DNA of 63,292 bases, filler included, from Octopus bimaculoides (lineage: Eukaryota): assembly GCF_001194135.2 (NCBI RefSeq). It is 7 parts of 7 records of this genome, joined end to end, with 100 filler letters (N's around TTAATTAATTAA, not from the genome) between each part and the next. Parts side by side here need not be neighbours in the genome. Positions count along the whole stretch, not along the records: positions 50,233 to 55,511 come from NW_026438508.1; positions 55,612 to 63,292 come from NC_068984.1; 5 more parts are not named here. One strand, 5' to 3'. Positions 50,133-60,423 of the stretch are shown piece by piece (within the stretch, counting starts at the first letter, position 1; every line of letters starts with the position of its first letter). Below the pieces are notes generated by a model, which made no database searches, was not told where the DNA came from, and saw only the letters and a list, made by a program, of their open reading frames with translations. The position numbers and the translations under genes were made by a program.

Positions 50133-50232
50133 NNNNNNNNNNNNNNNNNNNNNNNNNNNNNNNNNNNNNNNNNNNNTTAATTAATTAANNNNNNNNNNNN
50201 NNNNNNNNNNNNNNNNNNNNNNNNNNNNNNNN
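50133..50232. other. Artificial scaffold-joining spacer
   Basis: 44 N + TTAATTAATTAA + 44 N. Confidence 0.95.
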
Positions 50233-50620
50233 GATGTATCAATACCAGCAGATGACAACGTTTCCCTAAAAGAAATGGAAAAACTTTCAAAATACAAAGA
50301 CCTGGAAATAGAGGTAACTCGAATGTGGAATCTAAAAACAGAAACAATTCCTATCATAGTAGGTGCCTTAGGTATAATAAAAAAAATATTCAGACAAATA
50401 CATAACAAAAACACCAGGACTTACAAATATATATAACATACAGAAAATTGCACTACTGGGTACTGCACACATCCTACACAAAACACTTTCAATACAGTAA
50501 CCATAAGAGCACCACAGCAAACTACAGCGCATACTCAAGGCACACAGAGCTGCGCTCGGTAGTGAAGTGAAAGCACGTTATAAAAATAAAACTACTGAAC
50601 AATAATAATAATAATAATAA
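50233..50620 (+). mobile_element. R4/Dong 3' end: RLE domain, 3' UTR and (AAT)n tail
   Basis: DVSIPADDNVSLKEMEKLSKYKDLEIEVTRMWNLKTETIPIIVGALG (frameshift) ...IQKIALLGTAHILHKTLSIQ* with stop at 50498-50500, then about 100-nt UTR and (AAT)n from 50601. Confidence 0.9.
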
Positions 50621-50711
50621 TTCACTCGCTCTAGGACGCTGGGTGTGTCTCGGCAAGTGATTGTAATAAACATGGAGATTAAAAGTAAATAATAATCAAA
50701 ACAACAGCAAC

Positions 50712-50767
<56 letters not shown>

Positions 50768-50918
50768 ATGGAAGCTTTGTCAGAAATAGGGACTTGAAGC
50801 AAAAGGTACGGGTTTCGATCATCGGATCGAACGAGTGCTGGATACGGAGAAATGCAAAATTTTCGTGGGATTTTCTTATCCAAACGGATTAGAAGCTAGA
50901 AAAATCAACAGACCAGAC

Positions 50919-51468
50919 ATTCAAACCTCAAAGAATTCCTCTCAACACATGGCTATGATGCTCCCCCACTACTTCTGCTCATGATCAGAGATGCACATAT
51001 TGTTGGTCACCAAGGGACATGCTCAAATGGTTAAGATCAAGCAACTGACAAACAAATCTGTGGTATTGAGCAGAATATTTGCTGTAACCCATCTTTTATA
51101 GCAAGACAAAACAACGTACATGATAACACATCCAATCAGTTAAGATCAGAAGCCATGAGAGCCAATGCCTGGTACTGCATCAGGGCATTAGCAAATCTGT
51201 GGTATTGAGCAGAATATTTGCTGTAGCCCATCTTTTATACCAAGACAAAACAACGTACATGATAACACTTCCAATCAGTTAAGATCAGAAGCCATGAGAG
51301 CCATTACCTGGTACTGCATCAGGGCATTAGCAAATCTGTGGTATCGAGCAGAATATTTGCTGTAGCCCATGTTTTTATGCCAAGACAAAACAATGTACAT
51401 GATAACACTTCCAATTAGTTAAGATCAGAAGCCATGAGAGCCATTGCCTGGTACTGCATCAGGGCATA

Positions 51469-51528
<60 letters not shown>
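50919..51528 (-). mobile_element. (AAT)n-bounded element, 5' part with three 139-bp tandem monomers (copy 3)
   Basis: Units start at 51054, 51193 and 51332 and end at 51470; flanked by (ATT)n at 51471-51528. Confidence 0.85.
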
Positions 51529-51750
51529 NNNNNNNNNNNNNNNNNNNNNNNNNNNNNNNNNNNNNNNNNNNNNNNNNNNNNNNNNNNNNNNNNNNNNNNN
51601 NNNNNNNNNNNNNNNNNNNNNNNNNNNNNNNNNNNNNNNNNNNNNNNNNNNNNNNNNNNNNNNNNNNNNNNNNNNNNNNNNNNNNNNNNNNNNNNNNNNN
51701 NNNNNNNNNNNNNNNNNNNNNNNNNNNNNNNNNNNNNNNNNNNNNNNNNN

Positions 51751-52000
51751 CCAATGGATTCAAGAAGTAACATCCTTCATTCAGATTTTCGAGAATCCTG
51801 TTGGGATGATTCATGCACTTCAAAGAAAGCAATCACTATTTTCCATAGAAAGTCTCTCCTCCATCTTATCAATGCCTCTCTCTCTCTCTCGCTCTCTCTC
51901 TTTTTTCTTTTTTGTTGCAATCCAGTTTGTGAAGTCCGCCTTCATACAAAAGGACGAAGGTCTCTGAGTGGTCCGAAACCAATCGGGTAACCACTGACTC
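51751..52000 (+). mobile_element. Possible Penelope-like element 3' remnant
   Basis: MDSRSNILHSDFRES... loosely resembles the post-GIY-YIG tail; followed by a degenerate hammerhead-like GGACGAAGGTCTCTGAGTGGTCCGAAACC...GTA. Confidence 0.3.
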
Positions 52001-52129
52001 CACTAACAACGCTTATCTTCCTCAATGACCAGCCTTTCTTTTTCTTTTTCTTTTTCTTTTTCTTTTTCTTTTTTTTCATCTTCCACTTCAAGTCCTTATA
52101 TCTGACCTGCTTCTCTTCTCTTTCTGATA

Positions 52130-52500
52130 TTTCACCATCATCTGAACATGCAATCTATTATTAAACAGGTTTCATTTCCTTCGTTCGCATCCACTATATC
52201 CGGCTTTCGATGTCCAGGTTTACTATCGCACGAGATCATGAAATTCCTCAGCATTCTTACTTCGTCATTCTTGTTTATTCCTTCTGGGGTTCCCCCACGC
52301 TGCTTCTTTGATCTCTCCAATCCGTTCTTGCCACACACCACCCAATGAATCATTCTTGTGACATTCTCTTTCTTCTTTTGTACATTTCTTTTTTAGTCAA
52401 CTCCTTGTATTCATTCACTATTTGTCGCTTTATCTTCACTTTATCACAGAATACCAAGCATTGTGTCACTGCCAGCTCTATTGACAATCCTGCATTTCGT
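52130..52500 (-). mobile_element. R4/Dong CCHC-RLE fragment
   Basis: HENVTRMIHWVVCGKNG...NDEVRMLRNFMISCDSKPGHRKPDIV...CLIID. Confidence 0.8.
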
Positions 52501-52521
52501 TTAATTCGTCCTAAATATTTG

Positions 52522-52935
52522 TGATCACGAGCAGAAGTAGAGGGGAAGCATCATAGCCATGTGTCGAGAGGAATTTTTGGGGGTTTGAATAATTCACTTT
52601 TGGAAACATGAGCGTTTTAGGCAGTACCAGGCAATGGCTCTCATGCCTTCTGGTCTTAACTGATTGGAAGTGTTATCATGTACATTGTTTTGTCTTGGTA
52701 TGAAAGATGGACTACAGCAAATGTTCTGCTGAATACCACAGATTTGCTAATGCCCTGATGCAGTACCAGGCAATGGCTCTCATGGCTTCTGATCTTAACT
52801 AATTGGAAGTGTTATCATGTACATTGTTTTGTCTTGCTATAAAAGATGGGTTACAGCAAATATTCTGCTCAATACCACAGATTTGCTTGTCAGTTGTTTG
52901 ACCTTAACCAGTTGAGCATGTCCCTTGGTGGCTGA
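52522..52935 (+). mobile_element. (AAT)n-family element, rearranged copy with two 139-bp monomers (copy 4)
   Basis: A downstream module (TGATCACGAGCAGAAGTAG...GGAAACATG, 52522-52612) precedes the monomers starting at 52621 and 52760. Confidence 0.8.
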
Positions 52936-53045
52936 AAGGATGAAAGGCAAAATCGTCCTCGGCGGAGTTTGAGCCCAGAACGTGCAGACCGACGAAATGC
53001 CGCTAATCATTTTGCCAGGCGTGCCAACGATACTGCCAATTCGCT
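52935..53045 (-). mobile_element. Meta-like SINE head fragment
   Basis: GAAAGGATGAAAGGCAAAATCGTCCTCGGCGGAGTTTGAGCCCAGAACG...GCCAACGATACTGCC. Confidence 0.7.
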
Positions 53046-53049
53046 ACTT

Positions 53050-53083
<34 letters not shown>

Positions 53084-53334
53084 AGCGCGCGCGCAGATAT
53101 TTGTGTGTGTGTGTGTGTGTGTGTGTGCGTATGTATATAGATGTGTGCCTATATATGTATGTCTGTATATGTAGACAGAGAGAGAGGGGGAAGAAAGAGG
53201 GGAAGGGAGAGACAGAGAAGGAGAGAGAGAGATAAAGAAGGAGAGGGAAAGACAGAGAGACAGAGAGACAGAGAAAAGGAGAGAAGGAGAGCGAGAGAGT
53301 GAAGGAGAGAAAGAGAGAGAGATCCGTTTATGAT

Positions 53335-53365
<31 letters not shown>

Positions 53366-53814
53366 GCAACAATGGCCGTTACTTGCTGTACGGAAGTAGA
53401 CGGATGTAGAACTCAAGCTGTGATATCGACAGCAGGAACAACACAAAAATAATAATAATAATAATAATAAAACCACCATCGCCACCTCGCCATGACCATC
53501 ACCACTGGCCACCCACGGACGACCACATTGTTAGTAAAAACACGACAAGATATTGCGATCGGAGTACAAGTGTATATCGAAATGGTATTTCCGCTCTGGC
53601 AAAAAAGAAATACATATCTACGCACTAAGAGACCTACATACACATATACATACATATATACATACACACACGCACACACACATATATATATATGTATATA
53701 TATGTATGTATGTAGGTTATATGTACCTACCCGGATGTTTGTACTCAAAGGCAAGACAAGGACATCTCGTGTGTATGTGGTGTGTGTATGTGTGTGTGTG
53801 TAAGAGAGAGAGAG

Positions 53815-53986
53815 AGAGATTTCCAACCCCGTGCTTCTGGGTTCAGTCCCACTGAGTGGCACCTTGGGTAAGTGGCTTCTACAATAGCGCCGGGCTAATG
53901 AATGCCTTATGAGTGGATTTGGCAGGTGGAAACTGCAAGAAGCTCATTATGTATATATTTATCTATCTACCTTCCTACCTACCTAC

Positions 53987-54039
<53 letters not shown>

Positions 54040-54866
54040 GATCTATCTATTTATCTATCTATACACTATATTATAGTGCAATTCAAAAGCCAAGGAAAAG
54101 AATCAACAGATTCTCATCCCGGCCGACCTGGGCCCTCGGAAAGGAAGCTTTGCTATTTGAAGAGAATTGTGGAAAACGAACCCCGTTCGAAGGCTTCTGA
54201 CATTGCAAAAAAGCTAGAAGTTAGTCCAAGAACGTGTGTTACATATCTGCATAAGCTTGGGTATTATGGATGAGCAGCTAGAAGAAAACTTTTCCTTGAA
54301 TCAATTTAACATCATGAAAAGAAAGAAATGGGCTGAGGAGATGTCAGAAAAATCCAGTTCATTTTGGAATAGAGTGATTTTCTCAGATGAATCCAGATTT
54401 GCATTATTTCCAGACAGTGGACGTGTTTGGGTCTGGGGGCTTCCCAATCAAGAATTTGATTTGAAACGGCTCCAACCAACTGTGAAACATGGCGGTAGCT
54501 CTGTAATGGTATGGGGAGCTGTCACCAGCAATGATCGTTCTGAACTGATCGAATGTGTTGGAACCATAAACTCTGAAAAATACATCGAAATACTTAAGCA
54601 AGGACTACTTCCGATGTAATTCACACGATAAAATAACGATAAATGAGTTTTTATTCATGGAAGATGGGGCTCCATGCCACACAGCGAAAAAGAATCAACA
54701 ATGGCTGACTGAAAACGGGATGAAAAAGCTTCCTTGGACGAGCCGATAGAATAAGTACTTGGCTTACAAAGAACGAGTCCTAGGGTCGATTTTCTAGACT
54801 AAAGGCAGTACTCCAGCATGGCCGCAGTCAAGTGACAGAAACAAATAAATGAATAAAAGAATAAAA
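53815..54866 (+). mobile_element. CORE-like SINE (head/core at 53815-53945, tail at 54740-54866) interrupted by a Tc1 remnant
   Basis: GGGTTCAGTCCCACTGAGTGGCACCTTGGGTAAGTGGCTTCTAC...GGAAACTGCAAGAAGC, then (TATC)n, the Tc1 remnant, and the tail CCGATAGAATAAGTACTTGGCTTAC...GAATAAAAGAATAAAA. Confidence 0.7.
54080..54740 (+). mobile_element. Truncated Tc1-like transposase
   Basis: GRP...[24 protein letters not shown]; [12 protein letters not shown]...[16 protein letters not shown]...[10 protein letters not shown]; FMEDGAPCHTAK; truncated at LPW before the catalytic E. Confidence 0.9.
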
Positions 54867-54873
54867 CTATATA

Positions 54874-54969
54874 TTTCATTCCTATCATGTAGTTGATGGG
54901 AATTTCCAAGTATTTTCTTTTTTAGCAGAATGCTTGGAATTTCCCATCAACTCCATGATAGGAATGAAA
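54874..54969. repeat. Near-perfect 41-bp stem hairpin with a 14-nt loop
   Basis: TTTCATTCCTATCATGTAGTTGATGGGAATTTCCAAGTATT (54874-54914) pairs with AATGCTTGGAATTTCCCATCAACTCCATGATAGGAATGAAA (54929-54969), with two mismatches and one G-T pair. Confidence 0.85.
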
Positions 54970-55159
54970 CATATATGTAGGTTCTTTTTTTCCTCTTTTT
55001 TTTTTTTATCGTAATTTATTTTTCTTTGAGTCTTGCCACTTCCAAACAATCTATTTGTAATGTATTTTTATTTTTAAATGTTATCTTTTTGTAACATAGA
55101 AATAAATTTGTAAATACATCCATATATTCTGCATTTTCTTTGCGTTTCCTTAATATACG

Positions 55160-55191
<32 letters not shown>

Positions 55192-55270
55192 TGTGTATGT
55201 ATGTATATGTGTGTGTGTGTGTGTGTGTGTGCGTGTGTGTGTATACATATACATAGAAATAGACATAGAC

Positions 55271-55301
<31 letters not shown>

Positions 55302-55356
55302 AATATTTATATATGTATGTACGTTTGTATGTATAGATCGATAGACAGTCATGTAC

Positions 55357-55398
<42 letters not shown>

Positions 55399-55511
55399 GG
55401 ATACGCATACACATACATATATCTGTGTATATATATGTGTATGTGTATGTATATGTTGTATATGTATATATGTATAAATATATATATTATTTGAATTATA
55501 TATATATATAT

Positions 55512-55611
55512 NNNNNNNNNNNNNNNNNNNNNNNNNNNNNNNNNNNNNNNNNNNNTTAATTAATTAANNNNNNNNNNNNNNNNNNNNNNNNNNNNNNNNN
55601 NNNNNNNNNNN
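55512..55611. other. Artificial scaffold-joining spacer
   Basis: 44 N + TTAATTAATTAA + 44 N. Confidence 0.95.
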
Positions 55612-55643
<32 letters not shown>

Positions 55644-55647
55644 GGAC

Positions 55648-55686
<39 letters not shown>

Positions 55687-55948
55687 GAGGAGAGTGAGAG
55701 ACAGAGGAGAGAGACACACACACAGAGGGGAGAGAGAGACAGGCAGAAGGGAGAGAGAGAGACAGAGGGGAGAGAGATACAGAGGGGAGAGAGAGAAACA
55801 GAGGGGAGAGAGAGACAGAGGAGAGAGAGAGACAGAGAAAGAGAGGGAGAGAGAGACAGAGAGAGACAGAGAGAGACAGAGAGAGACAGACAAACAGATG
55901 AGAGAGACAGAGGAGAGAGACAGAGGGGAGAGAGACAGACTGAGACAG
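55612..55948. repeat. (GACA)n/(GA)n compound microsatellite
   Basis: Direct reading. Confidence 0.9.
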
Positions 55949-56085
55949 AGCTGCACCAGAACTTCACTTGTATTTTATTCAACAACCGCAAAAGGTTGAA
56001 AGCTGAACTCGAGCATCAGATAAAACGCTGCAATGCATTCTACGTGACGCTCTAGCAACTTGGGTAATTTGTCATGGTTTACCTA

Positions 56086-57181
56086 CAGGTGTGGGCTGAA
56101 AAGTTCATATGCTGAATATGAAGGACTGAAGCCAGAGTTGTGAAACCTAGCCTGCATTAATTTCAACTCGTTATTTATAACTACATCGTTTCTTGCCAGG
56201 TAAATTCACGTCTCGCTATTTAAAGAAAAATTCCAGAAGTAAGTAGTTGCGACATCTCTTGAAAATCGACAAAATTTGGCAACATGCTGTTATCAAATAC
56301 CAGCAAAAAATGAGTTTAGCTCCCAAGAACATTCATGCTGGCACGTTTATTACGTTAGTGGATGATGCTCCAGCCTTATCAACAGTGCAAAAGTGGGCAG
56401 CTGAATTTAGGAGGGGAAGGGAGAGTCTTAAAGATAACCCAAGGTCTAGATGTCCTGCAACTACCACCATCAAAGAAAACATTGATTGATTTCACCACAT
56501 GGTTATGGATGACGGGTGATTGACTATAAATCAAATATCCAATGTTATTAGCATATTCCGTAAAAGAGTTGAGAATATTCAGCAAAACAAAATTGGCATG
56601 ACGACGGTTTCTGCTCGGTGGGTGCCTCGTCTTCTGACACCTGGTCAAAAGTTCACCAGGCGGACCACATTACGGGAAAATCTGATATTGGTTGTGGCAG
56701 ATCCAGTTGATTTTCTTGAACGTTTCCTAAACTAAGATGAGTGTCCGCTTCATCACTTTGAGTCAGAGACAAAGAGACAATCCATGCAGTGGAAACTCCT
56801 CTCCTCACCTCCGCCAAAGAAGGCCGAAGTCGTTTCTTCTGCAGAGAGATATATTGACTATCTTCAAAAGATGCTCATCATCAATGGAAAAACACTATGC
56901 CAACTTGCTGAGGCATAGCTATGCCCAGGAAAACTGATGAAAGATGTCTTGTTTCATCAAGACAATGCTCCAGCACACATGATGATAACGTCGATCTGCT
57001 GTTGTTGGGGGTTTTGAGCAGCAAGATGAAAGCTTCTTCACCAATAGGATCCACTAGCACTGCAACACCGATGGAAGGAGTGTGTGGATTTCAAGGGGAA
57101 CTCTGTTGAAAAATAAACGTCATTTGGTCGCATTTCATGAGAGTATCTTGGTCAACCTATGGACTTTATAGCCGACCCTCG
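56086..57181 (+). mobile_element. Decayed mariner (DD34D-type) element with both ends
   Basis: HAVIKY...ALSTVQKWAAEFRRGRESLKDNPRS; VSARWVPRLLTP; HQDNAPAH; internal deletions. Imperfect TIRs CAGGTGTGGGCTGAAAAGTTCATA and (rc) CGAGGGTCGGCTATAAAGTCCATA, flanked by TA on both sides. Confidence 0.85.
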
Positions 57182-57225
<44 letters not shown>

Positions 57226-57239
57226 ATTGAACCAAACAG

Positions 57240-57900
57240 AAGGAAGTTGGGGGTGCTGTAAGCTGGGTGGAGTACCACTGTTCAGTCCAAGTTGGCGATT
57301 GACTGATTTGTTGTCAAAGAAGTGTGCAGTTACACATTGTCATGGTAAATATGGGTTGTTTTAAATTATTGTATTTTCTTCCTCCTAACGACTTATCTAA
57401 GCTTTCTGAGTGTGCCCGCTGTTTATAGTACAGCCATGTTCCAGAAAATCACAAAGAATAGCGCCTTTGTCATCCCAAAATAGTCACCATGAATTTCTGT
57501 ACCGATCGCTGGCTTTTGATGGGAAGAGGTGTAACATCATTCCATGTAATAAGCCTTCGTTTCCGGATCATAAAGATACGACCACATTTTATTCACTGTC
57601 ACTAGATCGAAAACAAAAGAACATTTTTTATAAACTTCAAATTCATCCAGCTGTTCAGGGTAGTCTTCTATCTCCTGTCCTTCAAATCGATTATCAACTA
57701 CCTAGGCATCCACTTTGCATATTCTTTCCGATATTCAGTCTTCTACCATCTTTTATACTGCATTGTGATCACAGTTCAGTTGTGCGGCAAGCTCACAGAT
57801 TGGAACAATAGAAATATGCAAGACTTTTGTAAAGTTAGAGATGTAACTTTATTGTTGCTGTAATCAAAATTCCAACGGTTGAAACTTGTTCTTCGTTAGA
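57240..57900 (-). mobile_element. Second, older mariner remnant
   Basis: Broken frames give VNKMWSYLYDPETK, PIKSQRSVQKFMVTI(F)WDDKGAILCDFLEHGCTIN, IYHDNV*LHTS and VVLHPAYS. Confidence 0.65.
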
Positions 57901-58069
57901 AATTGGCTACTTCCTTCTGGTATGGATTTGAATAAATAAAAAATTTAAAACAAAAAAACACTCACACACACGTACATATGTTTTTTTTATGCACACACGC
58001 GCGCGTGCGCGTGTGTACTGACGTTCCCGCCTGCATTAATGAGAGTAGATGTAGTGCATAAATTAGTTC

Positions 58070-58194
58070 GAGTTTCTTTCTGACTTTGCTTATCTATTTT
58101 GTGGAAGGTGTTCTTTAATTTTAATATAGTCTTTTAATTTTTTTCTCGTTATTTATTTCGTAACCTTTCCAGCTTGTGAATAAAGGCCGAATTA

Positions 58195-58225
<31 letters not shown>
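58070..58225 (+). mobile_element. Polyadenylated retroposon or retrocopy 3' end
   Basis: T-rich segment, AATAAA at 58179-58184, then poly(A) from 58196 running into the gap. Confidence 0.45.
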
Positions 58226-58699
58226 NNNNNNNNNNNNNNNNNNNNNNNNNNNNNNNNNNNNNNNNNNNNNNNNNNNNNNNNNNNNNNNNNNNNNNNNNNN
58301 NNNNNNNNNNNNNNNNNNNNNNNNNNNNNNNNNNNNNNNNNNNNNNNNNNNNNNNNNNNNNNNNNNNNNNNNNNNNNNNNNNNNNNNNNNNNNNNNNNNN
58401 NNNNNNNNNNNNNNNNNNNNNNNNNNNNNNNNNNNNNNNNNNNNNNNNNNNNNNNNNNNNNNNNNNNNNNNNNNNNNNNNNNNNNNNNNNNNNNNNNNNN
58501 NNNNNNNNNNNNNNNNNNNNNNNNNNNNNNNNNNNNNNNNNNNNNNNNNNNNNNNNNNNNNNNNNNNNNNNNNNNNNNNNNNNNNNNNNNNNNNNNNNNN
58601 NNNNNNNNNNNNNNNNNNNNNNNNNNNNNNNNNNNNNNNNNNNNNNNNNNNNNNNNNNNNNNNNNNNNNNGGGAAAAGAGGGGATAGAAAGCAACAGAA

Positions 58700-59170
58700 G
58701 TCAAGTAACAGAAAGTAAAGCAATTTTAACCAAAAGTATATGCATAATATACAAGATAAAACACAAGACAAAAACGGAGGTGAACAGGAGTCTCCTTGGA
58801 AGATGCTTCTTTTGATTGTTACCTCGGCTAAGTGCTGGTTGTTACAGGAAAGACGCATTTTCCAACTAGGCATGCCGTTCTTAATCAATGCACGCACGTT
58901 CTCAGCTATTCCACATATGTCGAGTGTTTCCAAAATTCACGAATGCGGCAACATGTCGTAAGCCTTTTTAAAATCTATGCAGGCCATGCATAAGTGTTTT
59001 TTGGTACCGTTTACAGTTCTTCATTATAACCTTGTCTATCACAAGGGTACCTGTTAATACTTTCCATAGGAGGTTAAGACAAGCAATGGTTCGGTAATTG
59101 CCAACCTCGTTTCCCTTTGACCGATCTTTTATTAGCAATGCTGTTCTTCCTTCTACCATCCACTCCGGAA
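58700..59170 (-). mobile_element. R4/Dong reverse transcriptase fragment
   Basis: EWMVEGRTALLIKDRSKGNEVGNYRTIACLNLLWKVLTG; IDFKKAYDMLPHSWILETL; IKRSIFQGDSCSP. Confidence 0.85.
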
Positions 59171-59195
59171 TTATTATTATTATATTATTATTATT

Positions 59196-59519
59196 GAGTG
59201 AGAGAGCAGTGCATGCCATCAAAGTGACACTGGGGTAAAATATACAAAGCCCGTTATACCCATCATGACTACCCGTCTGATAAGGGTACACCAGGCACAT
59301 GCATCACAACCATATGTGCGCGACATGGTGATCTCATATCAAGATAAACAGTGCATGACCTCGTAGGTGGGGCCCAGTTAGAATTTTCTTCAGGTCGAGT
59401 AGCCCATCCCGCTGAAAAGGTCCCTGAATAAGGTTTGTTTAAGGATGTTGAGCAAAACACCCATGTTTCCAAAGGTGAATTATTCAAACCCCAACGAATT
59501 CCTCTCAACACATGGCTAT
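59196..59519 (-). mobile_element. (AAT)n-tailed element, 3' part (copy 2)
   Basis: Preceded on plus by (ATT)n at 59170-59195; matches 17305-17640. Confidence 0.85.
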
Positions 59520-60423
59520 NNNNNNNNNNNNNNNNNNNNNNNNNNNNNNNNNNNNNNNNNNNNNNNNNNNNNNNNNNNNNNNNNNNNNNNNNNNNNNNNN
59601 NNNNNNNNNNNNNNNNNNNNNNNNNNNNNNNNNNNNNNNNNNNNNNNNNNNNNNNNNNNNNNNNNNNNNNNNNNNNNNNNNNNNNNNNNNNNNNNNNNNN
59701 NNNNNNNNNNNNNNNNNNNNNNNNNNNNNNNNNNNNNNNNNNNNNNNNNNNNNNNNNNNNNNNNNNNNNNNNNNNNNNNNNNNNNNNNNNNNNNNNNNNN
59801 NNNNNNNNNNNNNNNNNNNNNNNNNNNNNNNNNNNNNNNNNNNNNNNNNNNNNNNNNNNNNNNNNNNNNNNNNNNNNNNNNNNNNNNNNNNNNNNNNNNN
59901 NNNNNNNNNNNNNNNNNNNNNNNNNNNNNNNNNNNNNNNNNNNNNNNNNNNNNNNNNNNNNNNNNNNNNNNNNNNNNNNNNNNNNNNNNNNNNNNNNNNN
60001 NNNNNNNNNNNNNNNNNNNNNNNNNNNNNNNNNNNNNNNNNNNNNNNNNNNNNNNNNNNNNNNNNNNNNNNNNNNNNNNNNNNNNNNNNNNNNNNNNNNN
60101 NNNNNNNNNNNNNNNNNNNNNNNNNNNNNNNNNNNNNNNNNNNNNNNNNNNNNNNNNNNNNNNNNNNNNNNNNNNNNNNNNNNNNNNNNNNNNNNNNNNN
60201 NNNNNNNNNNNNNNNNNNNNNNNNNNNNNNNNNNNNNNNNNNNNNNNNNNNNNNNNNNNNNNNNNNNNNNNNNNNNNNNNNNNNNNNNNNNNNNNNNNNN
60301 NNNNNNNNNNNNNNNNNNNNNNNNNNNNNNNNNNNNNNNNNNNNNNNNNNNNNNNNNNNNNNNNNNNNNNNNNNNNNNNNNNNNNNNNNNNNNNNNNNNN
60401 NNNNNNNNNNNNNNNNNNNNNNN

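Noticed and set aside
51054-51470. CRISPR-like array
   Set aside because: Eukaryotic context; 139-bp units repeat in full with no unique spacers.
59269-59519. About 80-codon open frame in the AAT-bounded element (LRGIRWGLNNSPLETW...)
   Set aside because: No TE or host motif, and the frame is not obviously preserved in the 17305-17675 copy.
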